Below, piece after piece: positions 39,585 to 47,800 of a DNA stretch of 64,000 bases. The stretch lies in NCBI GenBank assembly GCA_000991405.1, contig LBRL01000001.1, positions 315,200 to 379,199 of the forward strand, given 5' to 3'. Both the position numbers and the translations under genes were made by a program. Within the stretch, counting starts at the first letter, position 1; each line of letters opens with the position of its first letter. The notes beneath the pieces were generated by a model, which did not search any database, was not told the origin of the DNA, and saw nothing but the letters and a program-made list of their open reading frames with translations. Source of the stretch: Candidatus Nomurabacteria bacterium GW2011_GWD2_36_14. Its GTDB lineage: Bacteria > Patescibacteriota > Minisyncoccia > Phycocordibacterales > UBA9973.

Positions 39585-42500
39585 TTACTGTAAGTCAGCA
39601 GTTGCTGTCATAAGACTACCTCTTCCAAAGAATCCATCAGATCTAATCTTGTGTTCGGCCTGCCAAGCCTTAACCTTATTGGCCGTTCCTCTTCCAAAGA
39701 TTCCATCAGCATCTATACCAAGGAAAGCTTGAAGAATTTTGACATCATCCCCTCTTGTACCTTGTCGTAGAGTTCTATTGATCTTTGCTAAATCTTCTGC
39801 GTCAACAGTATTGTCACTTCCTGCAGAAACATCTGCACTTTTTGAAGCACCCGTACACTGGTATTTAACTATACAACCACTTGCATCTTTGACTGCTTCT
39901 GTCTGATAAGCACCACAAGATACTGGTGCAACATATGTAGGACAAGTATTTGTTGATGAAGAATTAATTGTGAAATAATTATTACTTTCGTCAGAAATAC
40001 CCTTATAGTCAGAAATTGATATTTTGAATTTTTTACTACCAATAGCAAGTATATCTTTCAATCCATCATACCCTACTATTTTATCAGTAATAAACGTGTA
40101 AATTCCAGTATTTAATACAGTATTGGCTACTTTAGAACCATCAGTATTTTTTGTAAAACCTGCAAGAGGAAAAGAAACTCCAGATTGATCAGTCAAATAC
40201 GCATAAACTCCTGTTCCTGAAATATTACAAGTAGACCACCCAACTGTAATTTGTTGTCCTGTAGTAAATGCTTCTCCTCCATTTGGAGTAGCAACAGTTA
40301 TAAATGGAGAACTATTTGAAGGACACATTACAGATTCATTAGATTTAATTGTAAATGAACTATCGGAATTATCGCCTGCAACATTTTGACCATCATAAGA
40401 GGCTTGTTGTATAATACCAATCTTGTAATATTTACCACTTTGAGGAGTACAATTTTTTATACTATAATCATCATTCTTTATTGTTACTAGTTCATATCCA
40501 TCATTTGTGGATAATAAACTGCTATTATTTAAATCACAACCCTTTGCTGTATTGCCGTTATCAAACAGACCTGACAAAGAAATTCTTATTTTTTCATTTG
40601 CATCAAGATTAGAACTCTTCCACTTTACTTCAATTTTATCTCCAACTTTATAAACCTCCCCACCATTTGGACTCAAGACTGTAATCGAAGGAGTAGTAGT
40701 TCCACATGGCAATGTTGTAAATGTTCCATCAGAAGTGTAACCTGTACCAACTGTATTTGATAATGCCCCATAGAAGTAATACTTTGTACCACAAGTTAAA
40801 CCTGTTACAGAAACATTATAAAAATCTGTTGATATAGTATAATCAGTGCCCTTAACTGGAGTTGAAGGACGAGGAGTTTTACCATAATAAATGTATCCAA
40901 TAGAAGAATTAGAAACAGGATAACCCATTAATATGACATTTGCTCCTAATACGGCAGAAGTCTGAGTAACTGACGTTGCTAATGGATTTGAGACAACGGG
41001 GACAGATGGAGTGGTTGAGGAAGCCCTAATTGAAAATGTATTATCAGATTCATCTTGAGAAACATAACCTGCCGGCCCATTAAATTTTACTAAAATTTTA
41101 TATCCATTAGATAAATTAGAATTTGACGGGATGGTTAGAGTAATAGAATCATCACCTACAACTTCTGCCCTAAAAGAACCAAAATTATAAGTATCACTAT
41201 ATGCATTTTTTAAAAAAACTGAAACAGTATCACCTACCTGTGAATCATTATTTGTCATTTTATATTTCACTGTAATTTGCTGACCAACAGTATATTGCTC
41301 TCCTCCATTTGGAGAAAGAAGTGTAATTGAGGGAGATACTGAGGCTGGAGTTGTAAAGGAAGAAGTGCTTCCACAAAATGGAGAACTTATAGATCCCTGA
41401 CCAGTAGAAAGAGACGTTGCAGCAACGCAAGCTCTATAAGAATATTTTGTATTTGGCAACAAGGTTTTAATATCAAATTGATAAGTAAAATCTCCACTCA
41501 TACTAATTGAAGAATTACTTACATTTGCCTTGCTTGAGTTTGGTAAATTAGAATACACTCCATACTCAAACCATACTGTAGCACCATTGTAATTAAAAAT
41601 TCCACCAATATTTGATTGACCATTGTTTACAAGCTTACCTCTAAATTCTCCTTCATTACTATATGGATAAGTATAAGCATAATTACTATCAACAACTCCC
41701 CCCAATGTTGTAAATGTTCCCTCTGGTGAATATCCAGTTCCTGTGGCATTTGTTGCATATCCGCGGAATTTGTATGTTGTATTGGGAGTTAAGCTAGTGG
41801 CATATACTAACGTCTGCTGACTAGCTGATTTAACACAAGTAGCACCATTTGTTTTACTTGGAGCAGAAATACTTGCACTGTAGCAAACTCCATTTTCTAA
41901 TATAGTGAGAGGATACCCATTGCTTGTTACTGTCGCACCTAGCATTGCTCTATTTTCTGTAATACTTTGAGACGTAGGATATGATACAGTTGGAACACTA
42001 GAATAAGCACAACTGACTTGCTGAGTTGCTAAGCCTTCACAACTTCCACCATTTAAAGGAGCTGGGTTTGTACAATATCTTACTTGTGTTTGACCATTAC
42101 TTGTACAACTTCCAGAATTAGTCCAATCTGTCCAACCACCGGGAACAGGAGTTACTGAGGCTGGGGTTGTAAAACTTACTGTATTGCTCCAATTGGTAGC
42201 TGTGTCATTTATAGCATAACTAATTGCTAAATATTTTGTATTTGGAGTCAATCCTGTTCTATTTTGTGAGAATGGTCCAGTAGTTTTCCCTGCATCATTT
42301 AAGCAATTACTCATAGGACCTTGTGTCTCAAGTCCATAACAAGTACCGCGAGCTATAAGTAAAGCTGGGTAGCCTAAAGATACAACGCTTGAAGATATTG
42401 TAACTCCAGTAGATGTAAAATTAGAAACAGTAGTAGTCCCTAAAGTTGGAGGTTGTGGAATATCTGCGACAGAACCCTTCAGGCTTATTTTCAATGAAGC

Positions 42501-42620
42501 AATCTCCCTCTGTAGATTTTGTATTTTTAGTAAAGTGTCACTCAACACAGATGCATGCACTTGCCCGATCCCTACAGAAAGGAATCCGAAAATGAACAGC
42601 CCAACCAGTAACTTTTTCAT
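39585..42620 (-). CDS. Secreted multidomain surface protein (FN3/Ig-like repeats, TSP1-like repeat, three SPNGGE domains, C-terminal peptidoglycan-binding domain)
   Basis: Signal peptide; GGWTDW..C..Q.R.CTNPAPLNGG.C; PSITVLSPNGGE x3; LRQGTRGDDVKILQAFL..DGIFGRGT. Confidence 0.8.
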   Translation of the reverse strand: MKKLLVGLFIFGFLSVGIGQVHASVLSDTLLKIQNLQREIASLKISLKGSVADIPQPPTLGTTTVSNFTSTGVTISSSVVSLGYPALLIARGTCYGLETQGPMSNCLNDAGKTTGPFSQNRTGLTPNTKYLAISYAINDTATNWSNTVSFTTPASVTPVPGGWTDWTNSGSCTSNGQTQVRYCTNPAPLNGGSCEGLATQQVSCAYSSVPTVSYPTSQSITENRAMLGATVTSNGYPLTILENGVCYSASISAPSKTNGATCVKSASQQTLVYATSLTPNTTYKFRGYATNATGTGYSPEGTFTTLGGVVDSNYAYTYPYSNEGEFRGKLVNNGQSNIGGIFNYNGATVWFEYGVYSNLPNSSKANVSNSSISMSGDFTYQFDIKTLLPNTKYSYRACVAATSLSTGQGSISSPFCGSTSSFTTPASVSPSITLLSPNGGEQYTVGQQITVKYKMTNNDSQVGDTVSVFLKNAYSDTYNFGSFRAEVVGDDSITLTIPSNSNLSNGYKILVKFNGPAGYVSQDESDNTFSIRASSTTPSVPVVSNPLATSVTQTSAVLGANVILMGYPVSNSSIGYIYYGKTPRPSTPVKGTDYTISTDFYNVSVTGLTCGTKYYFYGALSNTVGTGYTSDGTFTTLPCGTTTPSITVLSPNGGEVYKVGDKIEVKWKSSNLDANEKIRISLSGLFDNGNTAKGCDLNNSSLLSTNDGYELVTIKNDDYSIKNCTPQSGKYYKIGIIQQASYDGQNVAGDNSDSSFTIKSNESVMCPSNSSPFITVATPNGGEAFTTGQQITVGWSTCNISGTGVYAYLTDQSGVSFPLAGFTKNTDGSKVANTVLNTGIYTFITDKIVGYDGLKDILAIGSKKFKISISDYKGISDESNNYFTINSSSTNTCPTYVAPVSCGAYQTEAVKDASGCIVKYQCTGASKSADVSAGSDNTVDAEDLAKINRTLRQGTRGDDVKILQAFLGIDADGIFGRGTANKVKAWQAEHKIRSDGFFGRGSLMTATADLQ

Positions 42621-42715
42621 GTTATTTTATAAAGTCACATTGTTATTATGACTTAAAAATTATGATTATTAATATGAGTATATTATACAATAATAGTTAG
42701 TACCCTGCAAACGAA

Positions 42716-42744
42716 AGCTCCCCTAAGCAAGGCTTGGGGGAGCT
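42716..42744. terminator. CAAGG-loop hairpin downstream of rpsR
   Basis: AGCTCCCCTAAG-CAAGG-CTTGGGGGAGCT. Confidence 0.6.
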
Positions 42745-42772
42745 ATTTAAATATGCTTATTTAGCAATGTAG

Positions 42773-42818
42773 GGCTAAACCAAATTGGTCGCCCGATTGC
42801 CTACTTGGCAATATAGGG
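42773..42818 (-). repeat. Double-hairpin element overlapping the rpsR 3' end
   Basis: Minus strand CCCTAT-ATTGCC-AAGTA-GGCAAT-CGGGCGA-CCAATTTGG-TTTAGCC. Confidence 0.7.
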
Positions 42819-43001
42819 TAGTAATCCCATGAATCGAGCACGCTTGATAGCTATGGCTAGCTTGCGTTGATTCTTGGCTGTTACATCTGTCCTCTTGCGA
42901 GACTGCATACGAGCACTAGGAGTTATAAAGCGTCGTAGAAGTTCTACGTCTTTATAGTCTATGTGCTTTATGTTATTTGATGAAAAATAATCTTGTTTCA
43001 T
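42801..43001 (-). CDS. rpsR: 30S ribosomal protein S18
   Basis: IDYKDVELLRRF, QRKLAIAIKRARFMGLLPY; start MKQDY at 43001. Confidence 0.97.
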   Translation of the reverse strand: MKQDYFSSNNIKHIDYKDVELLRRFITPSARMQSRKRTDVTAKNQRKLAIAIKRARFMGLLPYIAK

Positions 43002-43042
43002 ATTAGTGATAAGGGAATAGTGAGAAGCGAATAGCAAACTCA

Positions 43043-43393
43043 TTAGTCCTGTTTTAATTTTTTAATAATAACTGATAATAATTTTTCAACTTCAATGACC
43101 AATATTAATGCTCTGTTTACATTAATTTTTGGATACATTTCATTGCATAAAATTAATTGTGTTTCTAATTCAGCAGAAGATCCATATGCAATAATGAGAA
43201 ATCGTACAAAATCTCTTGTTCCTCTTTTATGTCCCTCTGCAATATTACTCGGAATAGAGATAGCACTTCTTTTCATTTGGGAATTAAGACTGTACATTTC
43301 TTCATGAGGTAACTTTTTAGAAATATCATATATTTCTTTTGCTAATTCCATGGCTTTTTGCCAAACTATAAGTTCTTTAAATGAAGTAAGCAT
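43043..43393 (-). CDS. Four-helix-bundle protein (23S rRNA IVP / Avd-like family)
   Basis: SFKELIVWQKAM, LPHEEMYSLNSQMKRSAISIPSNIAEG, IAYGSSAELETQL. Confidence 0.92.
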   Translation of the reverse strand: MLTSFKELIVWQKAMELAKEIYDISKKLPHEEMYSLNSQMKRSAISIPSNIAEGHKRGTRDFVRFLIIAYGSSAELETQLILCNEMYPKINVNRALILVIEVEKLLSVIIKKLKQD

Positions 43394-43522
43394 AAAAAAT
43401 AAATTTATTTTCACTATCCTCTTTACTCTTGATTAGTGACAAGTGGATAGTGGTAAGCGAACAGTGAGATTTTTAATTAATTATTCTCCCCCCACTATTC
43501 CCTTTACTCTATTCCCTTTTTA

Positions 43523-43963
43523 CTAGAAAGGTATATCCTCTGCATTTATCTGCTCTTCTGGGTACTCTATGGTATCTATCTCCTCTTCTTTTTTAGAAGC
43601 AGGTGCTTGTGAAGAAGGTGAAGACGAACCACTTGGCTTGGAACCAAATTGCACAGTATCTGCAATAACTTCTGTACGATACTTCTTAGTATTTGTGGCA
43701 GCATCATCCCAGCTTCGAGTCTCCATGCGCCCTTCGACTAGTATCTGACTTCCCTTCTTCATATAAGTAGCTACGTTCTCTGCTGTCTTGCCCCATACTA
43801 CTATATTGTGATAATCAGTCTTCTCTTGTCTTACTCCATTGGCATCTTTGTAAGTACGATTGGTGGCAATACTGAAAGTACAAACTTTATTTCCTGATGC
43901 TATGGCCTTTAATTCTGGATCACGAGTTAAATTCCCTATAAGAATTGCTTTGTTTAAATACAT
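43523..43963 (-). CDS. ssb: Single-stranded DNA-binding protein
   Basis: LNKAILIGNLTRDPE, KGSQILVEGR, C-terminal EDIPF. Confidence 0.98.
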   Translation of the reverse strand: MYLNKAILIGNLTRDPELKAIASGNKVCTFSIATNRTYKDANGVRQEKTDYHNIVVWGKTAENVATYMKKGSQILVEGRMETRSWDDAATNTKKYRTEVIADTVQFGSKPSGSSSPSSQAPASKKEEEIDTIEYPEEQINAEDIPF

Positions 43964-44083
43964 ATAATTAGTGTTTAGGGTATAGAGTAAAGCGTATAGT
44001 GAATACGAAACTCAATTCCCAAAATTTATTTAGCTAATAAACCCTCACTATTCCCTTTACTCTACTCACTATCCCCTAAAACA

Positions 44084-44587
44084 TTATACCACAAGAGCAT
44101 CAATTTCCTTGTCTACTTCTTCTACGTTAAGAGGTAAAGATTCCTCTGTTTTTGGAGTAAAACGACGCTTTGAAGCATCTGTTTTACCATATGCACGTTT
44201 GGTAGACATAGTACTCTCACGAACAGTCTTAATCATAAGATAACGAACAAGCTTTTCGTTTTTATCTAAGAATTCTTTTATAATCTTGCCATTTGCAGTT
44301 GTACACTCAAACTTTACCCAACCGAAATACCCATAAGAAAACTTCTGTTTCTTGTTAGCGATAGAACGAGACATCTCGTATGCTAGTTCTAACATCTTAG
44401 GATACTCATCAGAAATGAATACCGCTCCGTGGTCTCCCAAGGAGTCCTTCAATGCTGTGACTTCTCCTCCAAGATTCTCTTCTGGAATACTTGGAATCAT
44501 TATATAACCTACTTCATAAATAGAAGACTTTGCATCTGTAGTATCTACATCTGCTCCGTTATCTACAACTTCTTTTACTTTTGCCAT
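44084..44587 (-). CDS. rpsF: 30S ribosomal protein S6
   Basis: YEVGYI..P, LAYEM, LVRYLMIK; position before ssb-rpsR. Confidence 0.88.
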   Translation of the reverse strand: MAKVKEVVDNGADVDTTDAKSSIYEVGYIMIPSIPEENLGGEVTALKDSLGDHGAVFISDEYPKMLELAYEMSRSIANKKQKFSYGYFGWVKFECTTANGKIIKEFLDKNEKLVRYLMIKTVRESTMSTKRAYGKTDASKRRFTPKTEESLPLNVEEVDKEIDALVV

Positions 44588-44713
44588 GTATATTTAGCGT
44601 AAATACGCTTAATTTATTACTTTTAATATCATTTCACTATGGACCAGTGTGTACCGGTTATAAGACCGGGACAAATGAAATGTAGAGTCATACTAACAGA
44701 TATTGGACTAAAT

Positions 44714-44795
44714 GTCCACTCCCACACCTATATTTTTATTGCAGGTATTTAAACCTGCGTTGAAAACTATAAAAATATAGGTGTGGGAGTCCACT
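44714..44795. mobile_element. MITE-like element with 22-bp perfect inverted repeat
   Basis: ACTCCCACACCTATATTTTTAT (44718-44739) / ATAAAAATATAGGTGTGGGAGT (44769-44790); GTCCACT directly repeated at both ends. Confidence 0.6.
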
Positions 44796-44869
44796 TTTTC
44801 TATAGGTTGCTTTGCATAGTATTTTAACTCTACTGGATAAAATAGGTCTTTTATCTCCAGTACACTATG

Positions 44870-47800
44870 CTATTCTTCTGTATTTGATAGAGCAACAGGT
44901 GTTTCTGGTGCTACGGTTGGAGACACTTCTACGGCTTCTGGCTCTGGTACTACTACTGGCTCTGGAGCGACAGGCTCGCTTGAAGTGGGAGGAGTAGTGT
45001 CCTCTGTAGTAGTATCCTCTACTTCAGTATCAGTAGTAACTGTCGTATCAGGAGTAACCACTGGATCAGGTGTTGGTTCTGGGTCTGGAATTGTTTGAGG
45101 TTCTGGGATTTGAGTATGGGTGTTCTTAAATTCTTGAATCATTATTCGAAGTTGATCCTCATTTAAACATTCATTATCACTAGTACAAAATTCTTTCGTT
45201 TCTACTCTGTCGCTCTTCATAATTTTCGCAAAAATAATTTCAATTCCATTTGTTGCACTTGCTAACCAACCTTTCAAATTAGATATAAAAGAAGTATTGA
45301 TATCAATATTTTCTATGCTTGTAATCTTCAAATTCATTTCCTTGATAGCTTCTATGGTATAAGGGATTAGGTTGGTATAGGAGATGGATTTAAGATTTAG
45401 CCCTGTAATAGGATCAACTTTCGGATCAGTGAAGACCAAGCTTGGGAAGATTTGCTCCATCTCTTGAGCAATGAAGCCGATGTGCCGAGCATCCGTATCT
45501 GACTCAGAATTCCAATTGTAATTTACTGGAGTTAAGTAAGTGAGCTTTTCGAGGGTAGACTTACCATTCATATCGGGAATTGTTTTAAGAATAAATTCTA
45601 TGTCTTCTAGTGTAGTAATATTCTTCTTTAAGTTTATATCAGAAGAACAGACCAACGCTGTCGTCAGAGGGCTTATATCGCAATACCCCGTCGAACTAGT
45701 AAAGCGAGCAACCGTCCCCACCACCGAAGCCCCTCCAACATAGAGTACATTCCCTGTTCCTATCGTAGCCGTATTGCTCCCATTCCCCACCGCATTGTAC
45801 CCTATCACGATTTCATTCTGATTATTATCTGCACCTGCTTTAGTATCTCTACCGATATATACTCCATAATCGGAAGTAGTGTTGGCGGTTGTGCCGTCGG
45901 CAATGTATCTACCTGACCTATAACCTAGTGCAGTATTAGAACTTCCTGTTGTATTTAAGTTGAGAGAGCCATATCCATCAGCAGTATTAGAATCTCCTGT
46001 CGTGTTAGAATAAAGGGATTCAATTCCATTTGCCGTATTGTTACTTCCTGTAGTATTGGAATAAAGGGAACGTTCTCCATTTGAGGTATTGTAGTTTCCT
46101 GTAGTATTGGAATATAGTGAAGCATATCCATTTGCAGTGTTATAAAATCCTGTGGTATTTGAGTAAAGGGAAGAATGTCCATAAGCAGTGTTGTAATATC
46201 CTGTGGTGTTAGTTGTTAGAGAATATGCTCCATTTGCAGTGTTGTAAATTCCTGTGGTATTAGCTAAAAAAGAATTTAACCCATTTGCAGTATTTTGATA
46301 CCCCGTAGTATTATATCTTCCTGCCCCCACCCCTATAAATGTATTCCCTGAAGCAGTATTTGCTCTCATTTCAATACGAGCTGTACCATCGGAAGATTTA
46401 AGATTGACAAGAGGAGTGGAGACAGCAGTGAGTGACTTGATAGAGATGACTATTGTTCCGTCGAAGTCTGTTGTAGGAGTGATGGTAAGTGAAGCAGTAG
46501 AAGTTGTAGTTGGACCCCATGCTCCTGTAGCTGTTAGACTTGAAGCACTCTGTCCTCCAAATCCGATTGTGAATGAACCTGCTGTTCTACCTGTAACAGT
46601 GTAAGCTATTTGGTATTTGGTAGCATTGACTGCAACTTTATCATGCGAAAGTACAGAGGTGTTACCTACTGTATGAGTCCAGCCTGTAGCAAAGTCCCCT
46701 GTCCAGTCTGTAGAAGTCCATCCTGTATCTAGTAGAAATTCTGCTGAGTAAGTAGGCAAATCATTGACTGCTAATCCCTGAATGTCGAGCTTCCCTGTGG
46801 GGGTGGTGGTGCCGATGCCGACGTTGCCAAGGTTATTTATCCTTAAATTTGTAGCCCCATTACTATTGAAGTTATAAGTCATGTAGCCATCTGAATCCTG
46901 ACCGTTAAAAGTAGTGGTGACATCCGTAACTTCAATTTGTTGATAGGTATTATTTTCAAATCCGGGACGAGTTATTCTCATGTTTCCGATAACATCCAAT
47001 TTTCCTAAGGGACTCGTCGTCCCAATCCCGACATTGCCAGAATAATCAATTCTCATTCTTTCGGTCGATACTGTATTATAATTTCCTGTGCCAAAAGATA
47101 ATGATACTCGAGGAGACGCTGGGTATCCGCTTGCAGAATCATCATTTATAGCTTTAATAAAACCAACACTATGAGCACCTATTCCTGTTGAATCTGATGT
47201 ATTAAAATCAATCTGTCCTAATATATCATTATGTATCCAAGAAGAACCACTACGAGAATCTTTAATAGTTAATACTGGGATAGAACCTTCTAAGTGGAAA
47301 AGTGATGCTGGATTCGTCGTCCCAATACCGACAGAGCCAGATCCATTTATTCTCATTCTTTCAACTATTCCTGTTCCATTTAGATAGTTACTGAAAGACA
47401 AGTAACTTGTCCCTCCGGTTGATTCTCTTATTCCCGCTATTTGGGAACCAACTGTCTCATCAGTAGAACTCGTAAAATGAATTATTTCTCCTGCTCCATC
47501 TGTGGCAGAATCAGAATCTAGAATTAAAAGTTTTTGTGGAGTTCCTAACGTGTTTTGAACATGTAATTTTGATCCAGGTGCCGTTGTCCCAATACCGACG
47601 GAGCCATTCATGTCTATTCTTACCTTTTCATTATATCCACCAGTTGCATTATTTGTTGAAAAACTTATATAACCACCACTTCCTGTCCAACCTGTGCCAT
47701 CACTACTATCTAAACCAAAATTAAGACCACCATTGGTGCTTGGTGCTCTATATGATTTATAATGAGAAACACCAATATCTGTAAAATAACTTGCGGAACT

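Larger units (their letters stand above)
43004..44085. repeat. Six tracts of degenerate 7-nt repeats (WAGNGNN) in both orientations in the rpsF-ssb-4HB-rpsR spacers
   Basis: e.g. TAGTGAT AAGGGAA TAGTGAG AAGCGAA (43004), TAGTGAC AAGTGGA TAGTGGT AAGCGAA (43434), TAGTGTT TAGGGTA TAGAGTA AAGCGTA (43969); inverse CACTATTCCCTTTACTCT at 43493 and 44046. Confidence 0.75.

Noticed and set aside
43002-43043. N-terminal extensions of S18 (MSLLFASHYSLITN) and TatD (MVTSNYL) in the ORF track
   Set aside because: They come from reading through heptamer repeat tracts; downstream ATGs match the normal protein starts.
43043-43393. Diversity-generating retroelement suggested by the Avd-like protein
   Set aside because: No reverse transcriptase and no template/variable repeat pair differing at adenines was seen in the window.
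44588-44700. Possible S6:S18-binding leader RNA upstream of rpsF
   Set aside because: Small hairpins are present, but I could not identify the conserved motif with confidence by eye; it needs a covariance-model search.
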